Shown here one piece after another: positions 1-11,218 of a DNA stretch of 62,580 nt (the first letter of the stretch is position 1; each line of letters opens with the position of its first letter). The notes beneath the pieces are model-generated. The model was given only the letters and a program-made list of their open reading frames with translations. It was not told the DNA's origin and did no database searches. The translations under genes were made by a program, and so were the position numbers. Origin of the DNA: Nemertoderma westbladi (lineage: Eukaryota; Animalia; Xenacoelomorpha); contig JAUCBJ010008004.1 of the NCBI GenBank assembly GCA_032718475.1, positions 1-62,580 on the forward strand, written 5' to 3'.

Positions 1-1348
1 CTGTAGTAGGGAACTTATCACCTCTTGTAGAATCACCACTGTCATTGCCTTCAAGAAGGCACAGCTTCTGGATGGGGCGTTGGTAGTGGCCCGCTTTCGT
101 TCGTATCGTCACAGTCCTCGCAAGTCCGTCTTTGCTTGGGTGTATGGTCACGACCCGCGCCACAGGCCAGTGAACGCGGTCTTTGATATCTTCTCTAACT
201 AGTACCATGTCGCCAACTGCGACGTTCCGGTAGGTGTTGTTCCATTTCCTCCTGGTCCGGAGGGTTATGAGATATTCCTGGGCCCAAATCCTCCACCAAT
301 GCGCTGCCAACGCTTGGGCCCTTTTCCCGTTTGTATGTTTCGCGATCTCGTTGGGATCTGGGAACATGGTTTCCGGGAGGAGTTGTGTTTTGGGTCTCCC
401 CAGTAGGTGGTTAGGAGTGAGGGACTCAACTGAGGCGTTCGCCATCCGGGTATTACGGCAGATTAGTCCGTGCCCTCCAATTAATGGTGTCAATGTTATC
501 AACATCATTATTATCATCAATAACCTTATTATCCACCAAAGCATGGGTACGCGCCAATGTCCGTCTTTAAACGTGGCCTGGTCGAGAACGTCCATACAAT
601 ATTGGTCCTCTTCGGATGGGTTTTCGTCCTTTTCCGCGAACTCCTGGGTCTCCAAATTAAAATATTTCGTCATCTCTCGTTGGGTTTTCTCTGTTTCCAG
701 AAACAAATCCTCGTCAAGATCCGAAACTGAGCAATAACCCACAGAGGTTACATTCTCTTTAATCTGACATTTAGGAAGGTAGGTATAGGTGTCCGTAGTT
801 TCCTCCTTAATGCCGCAGAGTGTCCATCCCATTATTGTTCGTTCAGCATAAAATCCGTCATCCTGGTTTATAGATCGGGCGATATCTCCGGTGGGGATGT
901 GTAGTTCCGGTGTATCAAGTCCGATCAGTAGGGTGATATGGTTTACGTCCAACTGCGGACACCTCAGGTCTACATCGTCCCGGTCCAATTGTATGAGGGG
1001 GGCGTACTCGGCTGATTGTCGGAACCGCACCCGGAGATCTGTGTGTACCAAGGCGTTCTTTATAGTTAACTTAGCCGTTTCGTAGCCCTTCATCACTCCT
1101 TCCATCTGGAGTTGCACCTCCCCGGACTCTACCTCTCTGTTATCGGTGATGGTTTGTATGGGCCGTTTACAAGGCTCGTATTCTAGTCCGAGTTGCTCGA
1201 GAAAATCCCGGTCGATGATGGTTCCGTCGGACCCGTTATCGAGGAACGCGAGTGTCGTCAAAGATTTACAGAGATTTACATTCCTACACCAGGGGGAAAA
1301 ACGCCGATGCTGGAGACGTGACTTAACAGACCACCGAGCCCCGGCCAG
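1..1348 (-). mobile_element. BEL/Pao-derived reading frame: aspartic protease region fused in frame to the DUF5641-like integrase C-terminus; RT, RNase H and integrase core absent; runs off the window start
   Basis: Manual translation of the minus frame finds no stop from 1348 to the window edge. Motifs: LAFLDNGSDGTII (protease), LLIGLD..ERTIMGWTLCG, FKDGHWRVPMLW (RT entry), HGLICRNTR, SLTPNHLLG..WWRIWAQEYL..VGDMVLV..WPVARV..DGLARTV..RPIQKLCLLE. It is absent from the ORF track, presumably because its stop lies outside the window. Confidence 0.85.
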
Positions 1349-1376
1349 TCACCGGATATTGATTGTGGGGAGGGAA

Positions 1377-2940
1377 TATTTCTAAGATGCAAGTTTGCGG
1401 TTGAGAAAAGCTGCATTAGTTGGATATACTCTTTAATGTAACTTCCTATAGTTGAAAACCTGTTGAAACCTGATTAAGAATAATTTTGGGCTTCCCCAAA
1501 TCAATATACACCAAATATTCACAATAAGTATACACGATAATATAAATCCCTACGGTATATTATTTAATAACCCGCTGTTCGCTCAGAATTTTAGCCTACC
1601 TAATGTTCCCCAGATTTTCCCTCAGTCCCAGTCTTAGTGCCGTAGTGTCGGTGTCGGTCGACCCTGTCGCGTGTCCATTCCACCCCTCACGAGCCCCGAA
1701 GGGAACGATCATCGAGAACCAGCACGGCTTGGCTAAGGGTCGGTCCAGTCGGTAGACTCTGTCGCGTATCCGTACCACCCCTCTCGAACCCCGAAGGGTT
1801 CGGTCATCGAGAACCAGTACGGCTTGGCTAGGAGTCTGTCGTGTCGGTGGACCCGTTCGCGTGTCCGTTCCACCCCTCACGAACCCGGAAGGGTTCGATC
1901 ATCGAGAACCAGAACGGCTTGGCTAGGGGTCCGTCAGTTCATCACAGAAACCCAACCACCTAGGCTTTCCGAGTCCTTTTCAGGCTCGTAGTTGCTTCGG
2001 CAGCCGAGAAACTGCTCCGAACAGTCGGTAGGCCAGTAGAGTCTAGTCGGGTCTAGTCCTTTGTCTTTCGACCCCATCGCGTGTCCGTTCCACCCCTCAC
2101 GAACCCCGAAGGGAACGATCATCGAGAACCAGAACGGCTTGGCTAAGGGGTCTGTCGTCGGTTCCCGTCGCAAATCACAGTCAAGCAGTCAGCGTTCCGA
2201 GTCCTTTTCAGGCTCGTAGTAGCCGCAGTTGACCCGAGACCGCTAAGGGCAGTCCTTGTCAAACCAGTCCTGTGGCCAGCCCTTTCGCATGTCCGTCCCA
2301 CCCCTCACGAACCCCGAAGGGATCGGTCATCGAGAACCAGTACGGCTTAGGTCAGGGGGCAGTCTTAAGTTGGCCACCTGTTCGCGTGTCCGCTCCACCC
2401 CTCACGAACCCCGGGGTTCGATCATTGAGACCCAGAACGGCTTGGCTACTAAGGGGCCGTCGGTGCCCGTCGCAAATCCCTGACACAAGCAGTCAGCGTT
2501 CCGAGTCCTTTTCAGGCTCGTAGTAGCTGCCGTTGGCCAGGGACCGCTAAGGGCAGTCCTTGTCCTTTAGGCCTGGCACATTACCAAATCCACCCCTACA
2601 GGCAGCAGGAAGTTGGCCAGGGCCTAATAGTACTCAGGCTAACCTGAATACTGCTTGCATTTTCCATCCCCCCTGGCCCTTATAACTATGAAATTATTCC
2701 CGTACCCTGTAAGTTGCCCCAAAGTTCGCCCATAAATCGCCCCCAGTTTATTGAATGTGCCCAAAACCCATGGTCCCGCACCCAGTAGTAATATCGGAAT
2801 AATCAATTTTAATAAAATACAAAAATATTCAACTCGCGTTATGGAAAGTTGAAATACCGCGAACAGATGTACAAAGTACATGTAGTTTACTAACTACAAC
2901 TTCGATTTATTCCTTTTCACCTGACATAGACTATACTACA
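1377..2940. mobile_element. Putative LTR (orientation unresolved) inserted into the downstream BEL/Pao pol
   Basis: Purine tract GGGGAGGGAA at ~1367-1376, TATAAA at ~1541, TCAGT at ~1622, AATAAA at ~2811. Ends CTACA at 2940, exactly where the plus-strand pol frame begins. No partner LTR in the window. Confidence 0.4.
1659..2458 (-). ncRNA. Array of six ~85-nt structured RNA motifs (K-turn hairpin, mostly cUUCGg-capped, closed by covarying stems)
   Basis: Units at ~1659-1742, 1753-1838, 1849-1932, 2070-2152, 2279-2360, 2372-2458. Minus-strand consensus UAGCCAAG-CCGUUCUGGUUCUC-GAU-GAU-CGAACCC-UUCG-GGGUUCG-UGA-GGGGUGGAACGG-ACACGCGA. Compensatory changes are visible between copies. Confidence 0.65.
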
Positions 2941-5900
2941 CTATGTTCGACAAAACACGACAACGTGACGAGTACGACGTGTGTAGCAAATATGATAAGT
3001 CACAAAGAGCAGCCAATCCACACGGTTAGTATAGAGCGTGAGAAGAATACGAGTCAGACAGAGGTTCCATCGACGACAGATGATAACGCCGGAAGGCTTG
3101 CGAGTCTATCTACACCAATAACTTTAACGATGCCCGTCGATATCGATGATGACGCGTTAAGGAACCATCAAGTGTAACAAGCTGCATTAGACAAAAGGTT
3201 AACAGAGAAAACTATCAGATGGTTAGAACAAGATACAGCAGAACCTGGTAGTTACGAACCGTGTATGTCGGAACAAGAGAAACAATCTTTGAAGATCGTG
3301 GAAGATACTATCCGCCAGACGAAAGACGGACATTATGAGGTAGGGATGTTATGGCGTAACCAGAGTCCTAAACTCATAAATAACTATCCGCTAGCCTTAA
3401 GACGTTTACACTCAATACGACAACGTCTATTAAAGGACGAGAAAGCCCATCTGCAGTACAATACTCAGATGGAGACGTATTTGACAAAAGGGTACGCTAT
3501 CAGGATGACAAACCCAGAGATTGTGACAGACCAGACATACTATTTGCCACATCACTATGTGAGACACCCCGACAAACCTGATAAAGTACGCGTAGTTAAC
3601 GACTGCGCGGCCCTGTTTGAAGGAATGTCTCTCAACAGTGAGTTGATGGATGGACCAAACATGAATAATTATCTCATGGGGGTGATTATGCGCTTCCGTC
3701 AGCGCCAAGTAGCATTTACTTGTGACGTAGAAGCGATGTTTCACCAAGTGCGAGCGTTAGAGCGAGACAGAGACAGTTTGAGGTTCCTCTGGTACCCGGA
3801 AGGAGACTTAAGTCTACCACCGGCGACTTACCAAATGCAAGTTCGCGTTTTCGGTGCCAGGGACAGCCCAAACTGCACTATGTACGCCCTAAAACAGACC
3901 GCTAGGGATCAGAAACATATATATGACCCAGAGATAATCGACATCGTAGAACGAGACTTTTACGTAGACGATGGGTTACGGAGTTGTGACACAGTAGAAC
4001 GTGCTATCACAGTAGCACATCAATTACGGGACTGTTTAGCAGGCGGAGGTTTTAACCTCACTAAGTTTGCCTCAAACAGCACTGAATTGGTAAATTCATT
4101 CGAAACGACTGAACGTGGGGGTGGTGATATTGACTTAGAGTTCGAACCACTGCCAACGACCAAGGTGTTGGGACTATTTTGGGACCCGAACACAGACAAC
4201 TTTCGAGTGAAAGTAAAACTGGACGCTGAAGGAGATTCTCTGACAAAGAGGTCTTGCTTGTCGAAACTAAGTAGACTGTTCGATCCATTAGGTTTCATCA
4301 GCCCAATAATACTGCAAGCACGAATTTACATGCGCAGTATTTGGAAAGATGGACTGACATGGGACGAACCGTTCTCATCCGAACAAGTGGACTTATGGAA
4401 GACTTGGGAGGCGCAATTATCTTCGCTAGAGGATTATTCCATACCCTGGGTGTACTTTCCATTACAGACGACATTTCCTGACAACTTAGAATTACATTGT
4501 TTTTCAGACGCCAGTGACAACGGTTTTGGTGTGACAGCGTATTTGCGCAGACAAGTAGACTCAGACGAGTTTGATGTTTCGCTCATTACTTCTAAGGCTA
4601 AGACCATGCCTACTAAGTATATGACGACACCACGCGCTGAGCTACAAACCGCAACCCTGTCAACGACCATTGTAAACCTCATACAGACTGAACTACAGTC
4701 AAGTTTACAGATATTTTATTGGACTGACGCGACGTTGGTTTTATTTTACATAAACAACGATACACTTGAATTTAAGACATTCGTAGCTAACCGTCGTGCA
4801 GAAATTCTAGACCGTTCAATAAAGGAAGATTGGCGACATTGTCCCGGACCACAAAATCCAGCTGATATTGCGTCGCGAGGAATGATGCCTGAGGAATTCT
4901 GTAAACCGGAGAACAAAGAATTTTGGCAACACGGACCACAATTCTTGCAAAGATCAGTGCAACATTGGCCACCACTTTACGATAACAAGTCTAATACTAT
5001 TCCTAAGGACGCCGAAATTAAAAAACCCAAGAAAGGTAAAGCAAAGAAAAAGACAACGGCGAAACTTAAGAAGAAACCAAAGGCGAAATGGAAGAATATA
5101 ACTCACAAAGTTAGGGCAGGAAGACTTGCGAGCCTTTCTCAACCAGACGTATCGCCAGACGGTCAACCAGACACGTTACTAGACAGCCAACCAGACATTT
5201 TGCCAGACATATCACAAAATGTTCTAACAGACACTAGTAACATATTGACAAATAGTAAAGCCGCAGTTTCTCTATTGGAGCAGCCTTCTAATGACAAACA
5301 ACCAGACGCGTTACTAGACGGTCAACCAGACGTTTTGCCAGACATGTCACTAGATATTTCGCCGGATGTTCCGCGAAACATTTTACCAGACATGTCACAA
5401 AATGTTCTACCAGACACTAGTAACATATTGACAAATAGTAAAGCCGCAGTTTCCCTATTGGAGCGGCCTTGTATTGACAAACTACCAAACTTGACACCCT
5501 TGAACCATAAGTACAGTGAAACCTCATGTATTACAGATGTGGGTAGTGCCTACGCAAATGTAAATACAGGTGTTACTTTACGCTCAAGAGACATACAAAC
5601 CTTACAACCTATGGTGAGATCTGGGATTAATATCGGCAGAAAAATAAGTTTACCGAAACCCAGTGATCCCATAGAGTTCAAACCACCATTAACGATCGAT
5701 TTACAAAGTACTGACAATCAAGGTAAGAAGACGAAGAAGGACAAATTACTCGTAGACCCGGACGGATCAACAGTCAACAAGGGAATACTTACCGGCGGAC
5801 TCGTGGGCCCATCTAGTAAATCAAAACCTTCCAAATTCTCCATTGACTTACCTGATGACGTCACAAATACTTACGTCGACCGTATTGTAAACCTAACAGA

Positions 5901-7617
5901 TTCTTGGACAAACGCTTGCCGAAAATTAGCGTGGATTGTACGTTTTGTACAATACGTTAAAGGCAAACGCGACTTTACACGTCGACTCACATTGACTGAG
6001 ATTGACAGGTGTGAAATTAAATTAATTCGCCATTACCAACTGCGATATTTCGCACACGAATTCACATCTATAAGTCAAGGTCAACCAATCAAGTCGTCAC
6101 CAATACTGAGTTGGAGTCCGATAATTTATAATGGCTTAATTTGTCATAAATCTCGGCTTCAAAACATTGACTTTAATACTGATTTTAGGTACCCGATAAT
6201 AATACCGCAGCATCACGAATTACAACGTGCAATGATACTGGACGCACACTTACATCTTAAACACGCTGGAAGACACCACTGTCTTTCATACTTACGTACA
6301 AGATTTGTATTAATTAGACCCAGTAGAGCGTTAAGTTCAGTGACGCGTATGTGTATTATTTGTAAAAAGGTACATTCTAGAATAAGTACCCAAGAAATGA
6401 GTGAACTTCCACAAGCACGACTTCAAGCATTCAGACCACCTTTCACAGAGACTGGAATTGACTGCTTTGGTCCCATACATACGAAACGTGGACGTATACT
6501 AGTAAAACGCTGGGGACTGATTTTCACATGCATGTCCAGTAGGGCAGTTCATATTGAACGTGTGATGGATCTTTCCACCAACGCTTTTATACTAGCATTG
6601 CGGCGATTTATCGCTAGACGCGGACTAGTAAAATGCTTGTACTCAGACCAAGGTACAAACTTCGTTGGTGCTCGAAATGAAATTGCTAGAGCCTTTAAGA
6701 AATTAGATCATGATCAAATCTCAAACGAACTACATCCTTACAAGATTGTTTGGAAGTTTAATCCTCCAGATAGTCCATGGAGAGGCGGAGTCTGGGAGAG
6801 ATTGATTAGATCTATAAAAACAGCCATGGCAAAAGTAATTCCAGTAAACCACATCTTGACAGACGACCAACTGACCACATTGTTTGTTGAAATCGAGGCA
6901 ATACTAAATACTAGACCAATAGTATTAGTACCCGATGACAAACAATCCCAATTTGCTTTAACACCTGCACACCTGCTGATGCAGGCACCGACAACATTGA
7001 CGCCTATTTCTTTTCCAATGGAAGGCGATAGCTACGGTAGAAAAGCGTGAGTAGTAATGGTTTACCCTATTTCGGCGACAGTTTAGTCCAACTTCACACC
7101 TTGGGTGTTAAGTAGGTCATTAATTAATTAATCAATTAATTAATTGGTTGATTAAACAATTAATTAATTGTTTAATCAACCAATTAATTAATTGATTAAT
7201 TAATTAATGACCTACTTAACACCCAAGGTGTGAAGTTGGACTAAACTGTCGCCGAAATAGGGTAAACCATTACTACTAGCGTGGAAAATCACGCAACTAC
7301 TGGCTAACAAATTCTGGGAAATATGGCAAAACCATTATTTGCCCTCTATTTCTGCCAGAACAACCTGGTACAACAATACTCGCGCTTTAAGAGCGGGAGA
7401 TCACGTGCTGTTAGCGGAAGTGAATCTAAAAAGACGCTTCTGAATAACAGGTGTAATTTTAGACACACATCCATCTATGGATGGAGTGACAAGAACTGTG
7501 ACTGTACGGACAATTGACGGTCGTACAGTAGACAGACTGACACAACGTCTCGTACTTCTTGAAGAGACGCGAAACAAGCCTGGAGATTATAAGTCTCCAA
7601 CAAATGTTAGTAAATAG
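2941..7617 (+). mobile_element. BEL/Pao LTR retrotransposon pol (RT, RNase H, integrase, DUF5641); 5'-truncated and pseudogenised
   Basis: ORF 3265-7050 has YYLPHH, KVRVVND, DVEAMFHQV, FYVDD (RT); LHCFSDAS, PRAEL, FYWTD, NPADIASRG (Pao RNase H); HHCC zinc finger, TGIDCFGP, SDQGTNF, GGVWERLI (integrase). In-frame stops at 3175-3177 and 7441-7443. After removing the 7050-7277 insertion the frame continues KAWKITQLLANKFWEIW...RLVLLEE to TAG 7615-7617. Confidence 0.95.
7050..7277. mobile_element. 228-bp spacerless perfect palindrome with Polinton/Maverick-type termini and 6-bp TSD
   Basis: Begins AGTAGTAATGG and ends CCATTACTACT; the two 114-bp arms are reverse complements centred at 7163/7164. 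AGCGTG is duplicated at 7044-7049 and 7278-7283. Removing the element and one TSD copy restores the pol frame. Confidence 0.85.
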
Positions 7618-8183
7618 TAAGGAGTTTACAAATAGATTTCCACGTACCTGTACACCGTAGTAAGGACAGCGGTAGAATTCCATTGTCTTTATATGTGAAC
7701 ATTGAGGATAGTACCCTTATGTGTCACATAGGAGCGGGATTTGTAGGTATAAGAAATGGAATTCTACTTGGAACTCACAATATTGAGACATTTTCGAAAT
7801 TTTAGACAATCCATTTGGATTTGAAAAATTTTTAAAATTTTCTCCAGTGAATAGATTTCAGGGTACAGTCGGGTGGAACTTAAAAATTAGAGAAACAAGA
7901 AAAGGAAGACTCGCGAGCCTTTCTTAAATTTTAATTAAAATTTACACGGTCTTGTTTCAATAAGTTACGTCGAATAATAGACTTCCCTATATTCATTACT
8001 AACTCTTGATTGCTTATTTTCTGATAATAGTTTGGGATCAAAAAGTGAGTATTTTAGACTCACAGCCAGTTTAGCCCAAATTCGTTTTTATTTCGGCAAA
8101 AATTTTTAGATAAGACAGTGTGTCACTAAAGAAACCTTAGATCTTAGGCTATGGGTAGGAGGTTAGAGCGTTGTCGAGCCAAA

Positions 8184-9879
8184 ATGGCAGACGAAAACTC
8201 TCACATCTCCTCACAACTAACAATAAACTCTGTTGTACTCCCTCTAGTAGCAATGATTATGTAACCATACTTCTAATAAGGGCGAAGGGGATACAAGGAG
8301 AGCCGAGATGGGGATATGATATCCAAGAGGAAGCAGCAGCGCCATTTGAACGATTTGGAGCTAAAGACTACACCATATTTGGAATAAAGGACTTATCAGA
8401 AAGTACAGCGAAACTCGCAAACACTAAATATGACACGACGGTATCGTGGAGGTTACGGACGAATCACGGCAGACGCGTGCGCCTATCGGTCACTTAGGTG
8501 ATGATTTCGAAGTAACGACGGCCATCGATGATCCTTTAGAGGAACTTCTTGAGATTGAAAGGAACCTCCCGAAGAAATCTCAGACGGAGATTCGACAACT
8601 AGAAGCAACAGATGCTGTAGTTTGCATACAACCTTCTGAAACATACCAACCTATTGATCCAGACGATTATGACTATAGTGTGGGAGGAAGCGCTCGACCC
8701 ATTGGCGATCTTATATATGAGCGAGTGTGGTACCCTGCTAATACGATGTGTGGTAAATGTGGCGTCGCTGGACATCATTCGACAAAGTGCAGTGGAAAGC
8801 ACATTACTACAACTCAACTAATCTGTGGATGGTGTGGAGATCAAGGGTCCCATACATTTTATACTTGCTGGAGATTTATGGCTCAATGCACCTACTGCAA
8901 TATAAAGGGACATCGAGCATCTGAATGCCAACTGAGAGACATACCTTACGAACACGAATCTGTAAAACTCGTGCGAAAACTATTTGATGATTGGGAAGAT
9001 TTGGCTGACGAACATGTAGCAGCGCAAAGAAGACGGTTCCCGATGAGAGCGCATTTTGGATTTTGGGCGGTAAATCCTCAAACGATGATGTCGGAAGGAT
9101 ATATCTCCGCTATGCCACAATACGACGAACTCATCGAGGTAGTTGATATTTTGCCTCATGATAGTGGATTCCGAGTTGTGCGCGAATATTTGTTACAGAT
9201 ACACCCTGACAATAAGAATACATGGAACTTCCAGAAAGTTGTTAATCGTATCACCTATGGTGAATTTGATCGGTTCCGAATGGAAAAGCGGAACAAGGAA
9301 GCTTGGTTAACCGTCACATGGGCGTACCGAGCCGCGTTCTACCATAAACGTATACGAGCGAGCGTATTCGAGGAAGAGGAGGTCCTAGAGGCGACCAACA
9401 TACCAGCTACTCCGGTCGCGCCGTCTGCACGTCACCCTCGGGAGGACGGACAGGGTAGGATCATACGGGTCCAGAAAGTGGGCCAACAGTTAAAGAAAAC
9501 TATCAACGTTGAAGAATGAAGGGGATACGAACCGACTATTCGAATTACTCGGGTTACGGTTTCGCTTCCCAGAGAACCGCAAGGAGGATCGGGACATATA
9601 CCAGCTGATCAAAAGGGGGCGCAAGCTTCTATTGGGTCTGCGTCGTCCGCTTTCCGTGCGTTCCCAGACGTTTTACCAGCGGTAGATACAACAGATCGGT
9701 CACGAGCGATTGGACGAGGATTTGGGATGACTAAGAGACGAATATGTGAGGAAACGGTCGTACCGTCTCTCAACGTCCAAAGTAAACCAGTGGCTCGCCC
9801 CACAAGTCGAACATTACGAACTAAATCGCCGATACGCAGTTTTCGAGGACGCGGCAGGGCTCGATCCGCTAAGCGTTAA
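8184..9879 (+). pseudogene. Accessory ORF downstream of pol with three CCHC zinc knuckles and an Arg-rich C-terminus (core ORF 8446-9519)
   Basis: Knuckles CGKCGVAGHHSTKC, CGWCGDQGSHTFYTC and CTYCNIKGHRASEC. The frame stays open for 119 more codons past TGA 9517-9519, to TAA 9877-9879. The 5' part appears frameshifted (ATG at 8184, overlapping ORF 8171-8497). Confidence 0.65.
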
Positions 9880-10900
9880 AACGGGAAGGAAGGAGTGGAC
9901 GGAAGACTCGTGAGCCTTTCTTATGAATTGTTTGTCTTATGAATTGTTTGTTTATGTATTGTTTATGTAAATTGAATTGTTTAGGTAATTTGTATTGTTT
10001 AAATTTGTTTTGCTCTAAGTTTATGCAATTTACATTGTTCTAAATTTATGTATTTGTATTGTTCCAATTTTGAAATTTAGAAAGTTTTATATTTAGAAGG
10101 AACTTATATTTGAAAGATTTATATTTGAAAGATTTATATTTCATATTTGAGATGTAAAAGGAGTTTATATTGTTCTAAACTTATGCAGTATTATTCTAAA
10201 CTTACGCAATTTAGTAAGATCTATATTTAGAAAGTGCTATATTTGTAGTCATTCCAAACTTACGCAATTTATTGTTTCGAATATTATGCAATTTATATTT
10301 TATAAAGAAGCAGTATTTGTATTCACAGTAAATAGAAGGCAAGAGCAGACGGAAGACTTGTGAGCCTTTCTTGTGATTTATTTGAAATTATCCGAACTTA
10401 TGCAATTTGTTTTATATTTAAGTAGTATTAGTATTTGTGATTGTTTGAATTTATGCAATATTTGAGATGCAATAGATTTATTTTGGTGAATTTAATTTAG
10501 ATTTATATTGTACTTACTTAATAAAGCCTTAAATACGTAAAGTTTGAATTTGTAATTATTTTTGTATCGAATTATTATGTAGAGGTATTATCGTTGAGAT
10601 TTAATTTGTAAATATGTAAGTACGTCCCAAGTATTCTATAATTTGATTTATTATTGGTGAAAACCGTATATTTTATGATATGTAAGTATGTCCCAAGTAT
10701 TCTATAATTTGATTTATTATTGGTGAAAACCGTATATTTTATGCACGATAATATCCTGTTTTCATGGAGCGGTATAGAATTATATTCTCTAAATGCCGTG
10801 GATTTTCAAAATTTTATTTTATTCGAATTAACTTTGCTAAAGATTACATTGAGTCCTCATTTGTATTTACTATATCTATTTGTACGATGATTATTCAAGT

Positions 10901-10974
10901 GGTTCAGTAGCTCAGTCGGTAGAGCGTTGGAAATTATATGTAGTAGGTATTGAGTTCGAATCCTTGTAGGTGCG
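10901..10974 (+). pseudogene. tRNA-derived sequence (Pol III A/B boxes); not a functional tRNA
   Basis: TAGCTCAGTCGGTAGAGC (A box/D arm) and GAGTTCGAATCC (B box/T arm); acceptor and anticodon stems do not pair. Confidence 0.6.
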
Positions 10975-11218
10975 AATTATTTTTTGTACAGAATTTCAAC
11001 TCATTTAAATTGACCGCTACAAATTAAATTGCATTTGTCTGTACCTAGATTAACCAATGGGACTGTAGTTATTAGATTGTAACCAATGTCGTGCAAGTTA
11101 TATATTCGCTGGACCAATAGTTATCTTTAAAAACCTGTTAGAACCTATAGAACAATCGAGAATTTTCTCGATTGATTGCAGCACAAATTTGCTATATAAA
11201 GGTGTGATTTGTTCATTA

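Noticed and set aside
3-7. GTAGT matching the putative TSD at 13646-13650
   Set aside because: Not followed by a TG LTR start and lies within a coding frame; probably coincidence.
234-1385. Plus-strand ORFs 234-737, 891-1085 and 1146-1385
   Set aside because: Mostly antisense shadows of the minus-strand BEL/Pao frame.
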